From Mobula hypostoma (lineage: Eukaryota): DNA of 64,000 bases. Under the pieces are notes generated by a model. That model was not told the DNA's origin. It saw only the letters and a program-made list of their open reading frames with translations, and did no database searches. Positions 1 to 10,277 of the stretch are shown here, piece by piece (position 1 is the stretch's first letter; every line of letters starts with the position of its first letter). A program made the translations under genes and the position numbers. Location: positions 93,312,001 to 93,376,000 of the forward strand of contig NC_086107.1 of the NCBI RefSeq assembly GCF_963921235.1, written 5' to 3'.

Positions 1-660
1 CTGCTCTAGGCTAAACTATTCCACAATCTATACATCTCTTCTGCCATAGGAATGTCACCCTTTGAAGTACTTCATGGTTACCAACCACTGCTGTTCCCCA
101 TGGAGGAGCCGACAATAGACGTCCCGTCTGCCAGGACCCTAGTTCGCCAATGCTGAGTTGCTTGAAGGAGAGTACAGAGGGCCATCCTAGCTGCCAACCA
201 TGCCCACTGCCATTGGCATCCAGCCATACTACTCCAGCCTGGGGACCGTGTTTGGCTGTCCATCTGAGATCTGTCCCTGCACACCGACTCCCACAAGCTC
301 TCACCCAGTTCATTGGTCCCTTCAAGATTACCCATCGCATCAACCCATTTACTTACCATCTTCAACTACCACCATCCCTCAAGATTATACCTACCTTCCA
401 TGTGTCCTGCCTCAAGCCCATTGACCGTGGACCTCTCAACCCCCTGAGCCTGCACCTCCAGAACCAAGGATGGCGGAAGGTGGTCCAGTGTACACGGTTA
501 ACTCAGTCGAGGATAGAGTGTGCAATACCTGGTTGACTGGGAAGGATACGGTCTGGAGGAGAGGTCTTGGGTGTCGTCCAGTTTCATCTTGGATCTATTG
601 CTCATGGAGGTGTTCCACTGGACCATCTGGATCATCCTGGGCCATTGGGTGCAGTCTGCA
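1..660 (+). mobile_element. Ty3/Gypsy chromovirus-type LTR retrotransposon, decayed pol 3' end (integrase C-terminus and chromodomain)
   Basis: ORF 150-536 has the GPF/Y integrase tail ([21 protein letters not shown]...TFHVSCLKP). ORF 520-723 has a chromodomain motif ([17 protein letters not shown]). The two are frameshifted. A polypurine tract follows at 661-673. Confidence 0.9.
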
Positions 661-677
661 GGAGGGGGAGGGGTTCC

Positions 678-1003
678 TATCAGACCTGCAGAAGCAGAAA
701 CCTCCCAGTCTCCACCCAGCTAACAGAAGTCACCTGCTACTCGTTTCCAACTCATCTCCTGCAGCCTATTTAAACCCAGCTCTCATCCACAGTCCTCGTT
801 CATCCATTGAACCAGCCAGCCTCAACCAGCTGCTCCTAGCCTTCAGTCCTCTTGTTGCCTTGTCCTGTGAAGTATCTGTTCTCTCTTGTTTTGTGGCATT
901 TCATGATTTGTTATTTTGCAGTTTATTTGTAAAATATTTTTTAACCGCTAAATTGTCTCCACAGCTCTGCTTTTAGGTCAGGCGTCTTCTACATTTCCTG
1001 ACA
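678..1003 (+). mobile_element. 3' LTR of the Gypsy element
   Basis: Starts just after the PPT with TATCAG (mutated TGTCAG) and ends CTGACA. TATA-like TATTTAAA near 767. Confidence 0.75.
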
Positions 1004-1007
1004 CATG

Positions 1008-2020
1008 AGCGGTATAAATAAGGTGGTTATAGTCTTTTCCCAAGGATAAGGAAGTCTAAAACTTGTGGGGTGCAGGTTTATGGTGAACGACAAAAGGTTT
1101 AAAGGGAACATGGGGATCAACTTTTTCACATAGAGGGTGGTGAGATGCAAGAGGAAGTGGCAGATGCAGGTACAATTGCAACATTTAAAAGTTATGTCAC
1201 CAGGTACATTGAACAAAAGATTTAGAGCGAAATGGGCCAAATGTCTTGGTCGGAATGGATGAGTTGGGCCAAAGGGCCTGTTTCAGTGTTAGATACCTCA
1301 TGAATACCATAATGAGATTGGTGTCATTGGGTGCGAGATAGTCTCAATGGGCTGAAGGACTGTCTGTGTCTACGTTACAGATCAATGTCATTAACCTTAA
1401 TTTCCCAAGAACGCAAAGAATGGTCTCCTTCAGAGCTACAAGTTCCTAGGAAACTATAAAATTGGACATCACTAATATGAAGGAACTGCAGTAATCATCT
1501 CTGCCTTCCTTATAAGCGGAATATTGAGGGGAAAGATTTGCTAGAGGTGAAGAATTATGAAAAGCCCTCGGTTCTGTTACTAATAGCATTTGATGGCTCT
1601 GGGCCTGTACCAGTTGGAATTTAGAAGAATGAGAAGGAATCTCATTGAAACCTACCAAATACTGTAAAGTCTAAATAGAGTGGATGCGCAGAGGATACTT
1701 CCAATAGTGGGAGAGTCTTTGAAGAGAGATTCAGAGGAAATTCTTTAGATAGAGAGTGGTGAATCTGTGGAATTCATTGCCACAAACAGCTGTGGGGGCC
1801 AAGTCATTAGGTATATTTAAAGTGGAGGTTGACTGTTTCTTGATTAGTAAGAGTGTCCAAGGTTGATTAGTAAGAGTGTCCAGCCCTCAAGCTTGATTAG
1901 TAAGAGTGTCCAAGGTTGTGGGAGAAGGCTGGAGAATGGGGTTAAGAGGGAAAATAAATCAGTCATGGCTATATGGGAGAAGGGACTCGATGGGCTGAAT
2001 GGTCAAATTCTTATGGTATT
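1008..2020 (+). mobile_element. Two old CR1 LINE 3'-end fragments (about 1008-1300 and 1605-2020)
   Basis: Resemble the 3' ends of the better-preserved CR1 copies in this window (agagtggtgaatctgtggaattcattgccac...gccaagtcatt). Confidence 0.8.
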
Positions 2021-2664
2021 ATGCTCTAATTTTACTTTGACTAATAAGCTGAAACTGTTGAGAGAATATGAATTTTTAAACGTAACAGCTGTATGTTCTT
2101 TTCTCCGGTGTAGTTCTGCAGGAGGAATCTTCAATCTCTGGTTGAGCCAGGCTCTCCCAAGAGAGTTGGCAACTCTTGTCCCGTGAACTGGACAAGTTTA
2201 TGTAGGCAGCACTTTAGTGTAGCAGTTAGTGCATTGAATTTACAGCGCAAACAACCACCAATCAATCCAACCCTTCCGTCCCACATAGCCTCTATTTTTC
2301 TATCATCCATGTGACTCTCCGAGAGTTTCTTAAATACTACTATTGTATCTGCCACTACACCCACCCCTGGCAGGGCGTACCACACACCCAGCACTCTCAG
2401 TGTGAAGAAAACCCTATACTTTCCTCCAATCACTTCAAAATTATTCTCCCCTGGTAGCAGCCTAAGAGCCTGTACTATACTGTTATGTTGTATGTTGCAT
2501 ATTCTGACCTGTATGCAGGGCACAGAAAGTAAGATTTTCATCGTTTCACTGTCAAAGATTTTCATCTTGGTACATGCATCAATAATAAACCAATTTGCCC
2601 ATTTACTATTACTGGATTCGTTCAAAAACAACAAGGTCAATTAAAGAATAGATACTAAAATTTG

Positions 2665-2885
2665 AATAGCAACTTTTACAAGCTCCCAAAGCACTTCTCA
2701 ACTAATGAAGTAATTTGGACACATGGTTAATCCTATAACTTTTCTATTACCATCAAATCTGTTTCCCGAGCTCCTCAGTGAGGGATAACATGCAAGGAAT
2801 TTGCATGCTCTACAAAGCGAGATGTCAAGGAGTAATTTGGTTTAGTGTCTGACCTGAACGATACTATGACAACGCAGTGCCCCCT
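2665..2885 (-). mobile_element. Very old Deu-domain SINE (SacSINE1/AmnSINE-like) remnant
   Basis: Degenerate similarity to 29320-29620 and to the recalled Deu consensus. Confidence 0.35.
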
Positions 2886-3139
2886 TTTATTTTAAAGCTT
2901 AGCTTTTTCACATCTGCATCGAAACTTACAGTGAAATGAATCGTATGCATCAAATTAACAAGGGTTGTGCTGGGCATCCCACAAGTGTCGCCACATTTCC
3001 TATGCCAACAGACCATGCCCACAAACCGAATCAGAATCATTTCAGAGGACCCGTCCTGGGCCCAGCACGTAAGAGCAATTGCCAGGAATGCATGGTAGTG
3101 TCTCTACTTCTTTGGAAGTTTGTGAAGATTCGGCATGAC

Positions 3140-4075
3140 ATCTAATACTTTGACAAACTTCTATAGATATGTGGTGGAGAGTGTATTAACTAGTTATATC
3201 ACAGCCTGGTATGGAAACACCAATGCCCTTGAATGGTGAATCCTGCAAAAGATAGTGGATATCAGTCCATCTTGGACAATGTCTACCATCCACTACATAA
3301 TGGACTGGTTGGGCACAGGAGTACATTCAGCCAGAGACTCATTCCACCGAGATGCAACACAGAGCGTCATAGGAAGTCATTCCTGCCTGTGGCCATCAAA
3401 CTTTACAACTCCTCCCTTGGAGGGTCAGACACCCTGAGCCAATAGGCTGGTCCTGGACTTATTTCCTGGCATAATTTACATAGTACTATTTAACTGTTTA
3501 TGGTTTTATTACTATTTAATTATTTATGGTGCAACTGTAACAAAAACCAATTTCCCCCGGGATCAATAAAGTATGACTATGACTATCACAGGTAAAGCCC
3601 TCCCACCATTAAGCACGTGTACCTGAAGCACTGTCGCAGGAAAGCAGCATCCATCATCGGGGTCTCCTACCGCTCTTCTCGCTTGCTGCCATCAGGAAGA
3701 AGGTACAGGAGCCTCAGGACTCACACCACCAGGTTATTACCCCTCAACCATTGGACTCTTGAATCAGTGGGGATAACTTCATTTAACTTCACTTGCCCCA
3801 TCACTGAAATGATCCCACAACCTATGGACTCACTTTCAAGGACCCTTCAGCTCACATTCTCGATATTTGTTGCTCTTTCTCCCTCTTTTGTCTTTGCACA
3901 GCTTGTTGCCTTTTGCACATTTGTTGTTTATCCATCCTAGTGGGTGTGGTCTTTCATTTGTATGTTTATCGTTCTCACATTTACTGAGCGTGCACGTAAG
4001 AAAATGAATCTCAGGGTTGTAAAGGGCGGCACTTATTTACTTTGATATAAATTTACTTTGAACTTTTGAACTTGA
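3140..4075 (+). mobile_element. Rex1/Babar-like LINE 3' fragment with a second Rex1-type 3' end nested at about 3267-3586
   Basis: The host reads FYRYVVESVLT...AWYGN and LPSGRRYRSLRTHTTR. The insert reads ERHRKSFLPVAIKLYNSS and ends aataaagtatgactatgactat. Confidence 0.8.
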
Positions 4076-6080
4076 AGTTAAGGATCGAATTGCAGATGGA
4101 GGTACAGAGGCCCAGGTTTCGGAGATTGTTAATTAGAACCTAGGGTACGATGGTGTGGAATACTGACTATAATTAATAAACAGCAACCTGATGTATGTCC
4201 AGGTGACTCAAGGCGGATTGGAGAGCCAAAGAGATTGTATCTGCTGTAGATCTACTGTGCGATAGGCAAATTGCAGTAGGCCCAGGTCTTTGCTCAGGCA
4301 GGAGTTGATTCTGGTCTTGACAACCTCTCAAATCACTTCATCACAGTAGATGTGAGTGTCACTGGGCAATTGTCACTGAGGCAGATCACCCTGAAGATGC
4401 CCTTGAACACTCCCGACAGTTAGTTGACACAGGTTATCAGAACCCTATCAGATAACTGTTAGGACCTGAAATCTTGCAAGGGTTCACCCTCCTGAAAGAT
4501 GTTCTGACATTGGCCGCTGAGACAGGGTTACCAGATGCTGTAGTGATCTTCACAGATGTAGCTTTGCTCTGCATTTCAAAGTGTGCATAACAGGCATTCA
4601 GCTCATCTGGGAGTGAAACATCACAAACATTCATAATGTTAGCTTTTGTTTTAAGACCATAAGATATAGGAGCAGAAGTAGGCTATTCAGCCCATTGAGT
4701 CTGCGGCACCATTCAATCATGGGCTGACCCAATTCTTCCAGTCATCCTCACTCACCTACCTTCTCCCCATACCTTTTGATGCCCTGGCTAATCAAGAACC
4801 TGTCTACCTCTGCTGATGATACAAAGAAAGGTGAAGGAACAGAGAGACTTAGATAGTTTAGGGGAATGGGCAAAGAAGTGGCAAATGAAATACAATGTTG
4901 GAAAGTGTATGGTCATGCACCTTGGTGGAACAAATAAACAGATAGACTATTATTTAGATGGGGAGAGAATTCAAAATGCAGAGATACAAAGGGACTTGGG
5001 AGTTCTTGTGTAGGATACCCTAAAGGTTAATCTCCAGGTTGAGTCTGTTGTGAAGAAGGCAAATGCAATGTTGGCATTCATTTCTAGAGGTATAGAATAT
5101 AAGGGCAGAGATGTGGTGTTGAGGCTCTATAAGGCACTTGTGAGACCACACTTGGAGTATTGTGTGCAGTTTTGGGCTCCTTATCTTAGAAAGGACATAC
5201 TGACATTGGAGGGGGTTCAGAGAAGATTCACAAGAATGATTCCAGGAATGAAAGGGTTACTGTATGAGGAACGTCTGGCAGCTCTTGGGCTGTATTCCCT
5301 GGAGTTCAGGAGAATGAGGGGGGACCTCATAGAAACATTCTGAATGTTAAGAGGCCTGAACGGATTAGATATGCAAAGTTATTTCCCATGGAAAGGCATT
5401 CTAGGACAAGAGGGCATGACTTCAGGATTGAAGGACGTCCATTTAGAACTGAGATGCAGAGAAATTACTTTAGTCAGAGGGTGGTAAAACTGTGAAATTT
5501 GTTGCCACGTACAGCTGTGGAGGCCAAGTCATTGGGTGTATTTAAGGCAGAGATAGATAGGTTCTTAATTAGCCAGGGCCTAAAAGGGTATGAGGTAAAG
5601 GCAGGGGAGTGGGGATGACTGGAAGAATTGGATCAGCCCATGATTGAATGGCGGAGTAGAGCAGACTCAATGGGCCAAATAGCCTACTTCAGCTCCTATA
5701 TCTTATGGTCTTACGGTCTAAATACACCCAATGACTTGGCCTCCACAGCCACTCGTGGCGACAAATTCCACAGATTTACCACCCTCTGACGAAAGTAATT
5801 TCTCTGCATCTCTGTTCTAAATGGATGTCCTTCAATCCTGAAGTCGTGCCCTCTTATCCTAGAAGGAAATAATGGCCTACAAACCATGCCAGAACTGACT
5901 TGCATCCGATTCTGTCTCTAATCTCAATCAGAATTGTTCCTTGCTCTTAAGATAGCCTTCCATAGGTCATCGCTGGACCTCTTGTATAGTTCTGGATCGC
6001 TGGTCTTGAATGTGACAAATGTAGCATTCAGCAGACTATGAATCCTCTGATTCATCCATGGTTTTTGTTTGGAGTATGTC
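4075..6080 (-). mobile_element. Rex1-like LINE internal fragment (about 4075-4650 and 5870-6080) interrupted by CR1 copies
   Basis: ORFs 4437-4634 (LPDELNACYAHFE...RRVNPCKISGP) and 5924-6109 (KQKPWMN) are consecutive parts of a LINE ORF2. Confidence 0.75.
4652..5868. mobile_element. CR1 3' end on the minus strand (4652-4813 and 5718-5868) split by a plus-strand CR1 of the same subfamily (4814-5717)
   Basis: Plus ORFs 4816-5013 and 5050-5343 encode the CR1 RT C-terminus (LYKALVRPHLEYCVQFW). The flanks are the reverse complement of its 3' end. Both tails are (tcttatgg)-type. Confidence 0.9.
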
Positions 6081-6185
6081 CCTAAATTTGGAGGAAATTG
6101 GAGTAGCAAGAGGGAACCCTAGCGATCACGAGGAGAACGTATAAACTCCTTACAGACAGTGATAGGAACTGTGAAGGATTATTGC

Positions 6186-6484
6186 TATTTATTTATTTAA
6201 AGATACAACACAGAACAGGACCTTCTGGTCCAACAAGTCACGCCTTCTAGCAATGCACCAATTTAAACATAGCCTAATTACAGGACAAATTATAATGACT
6301 AATTAACCTACTAACCAGTATGTCTTCGGATCGTGGGAGAAAATTGAAACATCCAGTGGAAACCCACGCACACACAGGAAGAATGAACAAACTTTCTTAC
6401 ACAGGATGCCTGAGTTGAACTCTGAATTCTGACGCCCCGAGCTGTAATGCTGTCATGTTAACTGCTACGCCACTATGGCACCCC
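6186..6484 (-). mobile_element. HE1-like V-SINE (tRNA head, V domain, CR1-like tail)
   Basis: The minus strand starts gggtgccatagtggcgtagcagttaac, carries the V-domain-like tgcgtgggtttcc...ctcccac..ccgaagacatac and ends in an (aaat)n tail. Confidence 0.7.
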
Positions 6485-6644
6485 AGGGAAGGGAAATTAA
6501 AAACTAAAGGGCCTCGCTTTAAGGTGAAAGATGAAAGATTTAGCAGGGGCTCGAGGGGCAACGTCTTCAAGCAGAGGGTGGTGCATGTATGGAACAAGCT
6601 GCTGGAGAAAGGGGTTGAGGCAAATCAAAGGCATCATTTAAAAG

Positions 6645-7097
6645 TTTTCTTCTCTATGCAATCACTTGAGTCAAGTCTGATGGCCTCTAAGGGGTTGTCT
6701 GTTGGTGAGCCCTCAGGATCCACACATTCGGGTGCTAGGGTGGACTCCCTTAATGGAGAAGCCCGTGCATGATTTTGTTTAATGTGGGGAGGCTGATGCA
6801 TGGGCAGCCACCAGACGGTCCTTGACAGGTCGGGATCAAGGCCCAGTGGCATGGAATGCAAAATGACTGGGCTTCACCGGTGCAGCCTTCACTGCCGTAG
6901 TGATGTGTCATCACCTTCTGCCAGCTCCACCGTTGAGGTCTTGGTTGGATCGCTCTTTGTCTTGACCTTACCGCCATGGGTGATCCCTCCAAGAGCTAAG
7001 CACCAGACGGCTAAACTCCAGACATCCTCACTCTCAGGGTTTCAGGAACTGACAAGCCTTCCCCCCACCCCGCACGGCAAGGTGACAATCCTCCAAG
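6645..7097 (-). mobile_element. Probable RTE-type non-autonomous fragment inserted in a CR1 3' end
   Basis: It interrupts a CR1 tail (6490-6640 and 7100-7215). The family guess rests only on recalled 5'-end wording. Confidence 0.35.
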
Positions 7098-7781
7098 AGG
7101 CTGAAAAGGTTGTGAGCTAAGTGCAGACAAATGGGACTATCTTGGTAGCACCATGGTCAGAATTGACGATGTGGGCTGAAGGGCCTGTTTCCATACGGAG
7201 TTGCTTTATGACTCTATGCAGAGATAATCAGCAGATGGTGTGATCCAAAACTTTGCCACAGCCCATAGATAATTTAATTTAATGAGCAAATTATGACTGT
7301 CTTCCTGCAAACCCATTATGCATCTCTGCCATCCCTTTTAATTTAATCCAATATATTTGTGTGACACGTGTTTTATGTAAATTAGAACATTAAAAATGAA
7401 ATGTGGAATAAATTATGCAAATTATCCAAATGGGTGATATATTTTGTTTTGTTAGCACACTGATCATGAGTCTCTCACTCAGATTATGTAAGCACAGGTG
7501 TTGTGTAAAATTTATTGTAGCGTAACAATGAATAACCATAATTGATGGACAACAGAGAGATGTCTTCAAGCATCTTAAAGCTGAGCAACGCAAAGTGCTG
7601 GAGGAACTCAGCAAGTCAGGCAGCATCTATGGAGCTCGTTTCATGTCGAGACTCTTCATCAGGACTGGAAAGGAAGAGGGCAGAAGCCATAAAAAGAACG
7701 TAGGGGTGAGGGGGAGGTCTACAAACTGGCGGGTTAGAGGTGAGACCAGGTGGAGGGCGTGGAAGTTGGAGGGGCAATGAA

Positions 7782-8374
7782 AGGAGGAGAAGATGGCAGC
7801 GCGACACAGCGCGCGCAGCTCTCCGGTGAAGTGATATCGTATCTGTTAAATAGGAGCCGTGGACAAGCACAGAGGAACATCTGGAGAAATTTCTGAAATG
7901 CCAGTTCGCTGCTGCTGTTGCTGCGTGATCGAGAATCTCCGCAGGGAAGGCCCCCAAATCCTCAGCTTTGCCTGCTGCTGGCGACCGAGGCTGAGGTCGA
8001 AGCATTCGGCAGAGATGGTGCTCGGTACTCGGTGTCGGAGGGCTGATCAGAGGCCCAAAGTTTTCGGACGACTCAGAATTGGACTGTGGTCGGGTATGGC
8101 AGGGAGAGTTTTCACCAGAGAGTCTGTGTGAGATGTGGGACATTCGAGAGACTTTGAACTTTTTTTACTGTGCCGTGGCCTGTTCTTCATCAAGTTATGG
8201 TATCATTGCGCTGTGGTAACTATATGTTATAATTATGTGGTTTTTGTCAGCTTTTCAGTCTTGGTCTGTCCTGTGTTTCTGTGATATCACACCGGAGGAA
8301 TATTGTATTATTTCTTAATGCATGCATTACTAAATGACAATAAAAGAGGACTGTGTGTCCTCATAACCAAATCT
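7782..8374 (+). mobile_element. CpG-rich non-coding non-autonomous retroelement, copy 1
   Basis: Shares 5' and 3' blocks with 35197-35867. Candidate TSD AATGAA at 7776-7781 and 8375-8380. 3' stem-loop GAGGAC/GTCCTC. Confidence 0.8.
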
Positions 8375-8535
8375 AATGAAGTAAGAAGATGGGAGAAGAT
8401 AGGTGGAAGACGTATTCAGCCAAAGAAGAAGGAATCTGATGAGTGAGGAGAGTGGACCATGGGAGAAAAGGAAAGAGGAGGGGCACCCGAAGGAGGTGAT
8501 GGGCAGGTGAGGAGAAGAGAAGGGATGAGAGCATA

Positions 8536-9074
8536 CAGTACTGTGCAAAAGTCTTAGGCACATATAGATATAGCTATGGTGTCTAAGTCATTTGCACTGT
8601 ACTGTGTTTGTCAACAGCGCACGAGTTTGTAAATCTGGCGGGAGCAAAGAATGTTGGAAATGGCAAGAATGGAGTGCTACTGAAGGGGTGTAGGACATGT
8701 GGCAGAGAAGGTGCACCAGGGCGGGTGGTGGGGGTGCCGACACACCCAGCCCTGAGATACCAGACAAGGTCATTTGATTCCAAACAATTGGTTTACTGAT
8801 CATTACAGAATGTCTCTTTGGTGCTTCCCACTCCCTCCCCTCTCCCTTCCCCCTTTTCCAATCATGATTCCCCTTTTCCTGCCCCCTTCCCACTCTCAGT
8901 CCACAATAGAGACCCCTATCAGAATCAGGTTTATCATCACTCACAATATCGTGAAATTATTTTTATATATAAGTGATAGCAGTACAGTGCAATACGTAAC
9001 ATTACTACAGTACTGTGCAAATGTCTTAGGTGCCCTGGTTATATAAACGTGCCTGAGACTTCTGCACAGTCCTG
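8536..9074 (+). mobile_element. Composite Tc1-type MITE with a TIR-TIR hairpin at each end, copy 1
   Basis: TA then TIR CAGTACTGTGCAAAAGTCTTAGGCAC. Mini-hairpins at 8536-8604 and 9008-9074. The interior is shared with the copies at 21980 and 42867. Confidence 0.8.
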
Positions 9075-9276
9075 GAACCAGAATGGAGAACGGGAAAAAA
9101 AACAAGGGGGTGGAGGAGAAATTACCTGAAGTCAGAGAAATCGATGCTCATGCCATCAGGTAGAAGTCTACCCAGATGGAATAAGAAAGATGGGATTGAA
9201 CAAATGTCAGCCAGAAACATAGAGTTATATAAAGTGGGAACAAACCTTACTGTCCACAACATTTACACCAACCGAC

Positions 9277-9815
9277 CTATATGTCACCATATACAACACT
9301 GAGATTCATTTTCTTACAGGCATAATCAATAAATCCATAATCAAATATTAGCCATAATAGAAGCAATGAAAGACAGCACCAACTTGGGCATTCAAGTTGT
9401 GTGCAGAAGACAACAGACTGTGCAAATACAAAAAGAGAGAATAATAATAATGAATAAATAAGCAATAAGTATAAGAACATGAGATAAAGAGTCCTTAAAA
9501 GTGAGTCTGTAAGTTTTGGGAACATTTCAATGATGAAGTGAAGTTCAGTGAAGTTATTCTTTTTGTTTCTAGAGCCCGATGGCTGAGGGGTAATAACTGT
9601 TCGTGAACCTGCTGGTGTGAGTCCTGAGGCCCCTGTATCTGCTTCTTGATGGCAACAGGGAGAAGACAGCATGACCTGGGTGGTTGGGGTCCCTGGTGAT
9701 GCATGCTGCTTTTCTACAACAATGTTTCATGTAGATGTGCTCTATGGTGGGAAGGGCTTTACCCATGATGGACTGGGCTGTATACATTACTTTATGTAGG
9801 TTTTGTAGTTTTTGC
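9277..9815 (-). mobile_element. Rex1/Babar-like LINE 3' fragment
   Basis: ORF 9569-9817 (HPGHAVFSLLPSRSRYRGLRTHTSRFTNSYYPSAI). Confidence 0.8.
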
Positions 9816-10277
9816 ACTTAGTACTATTTTTTGTACTTTGTTGATGTGCTTTGCAAAATGGATCTTGGGGAGGGAATCAGAAGTTGAGTCTCATTACACA
9901 TGAGGCCTCACCAGTGCTTTATGAAGTTTCAACATTACATCTTTGCACCTCAATTTTTTGTATTTTCTCTCCATTCAGAAGATAGTCAACAGAGAGAGAC
10001 GAGAGAGAGAAGGGAGAGAAAGAGCTCTGGGGTAGAGTGTCTGGAGAAGGACTGAGAGTCTGGGGCAGACAGGCGGGGGTGAGGAGAGAGTGAAGAAGGA
10101 GACTGGAGGAAGAATACCCTGCCTAATTACCATCAGCATATATATTTCATTGATTCTATTATGGTTATTATTTTATATTGTTTTTTTGTGTATGCCTGCA
10201 AGAAAATGACATGTTTGGCACAGCTTTGTGGGCCGAAGGGCCTGTATTGTGCTGTAGATTTTCTATGTTTCTACGTT

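Larger units (their letters stand above)
7588..9190 (-). mobile_element. Penelope-like element 3' end/pseudo-LTR, interrupted twice
   Basis: Terminus gctggaggaactcagc. Degenerate hammerhead core at 7636-7667. The purine-rich pLTR and the ORF end (PDGMSIDFS-type) at about 9120-9190 match the coding copies at 22303 and 57213. Confidence 0.75.
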
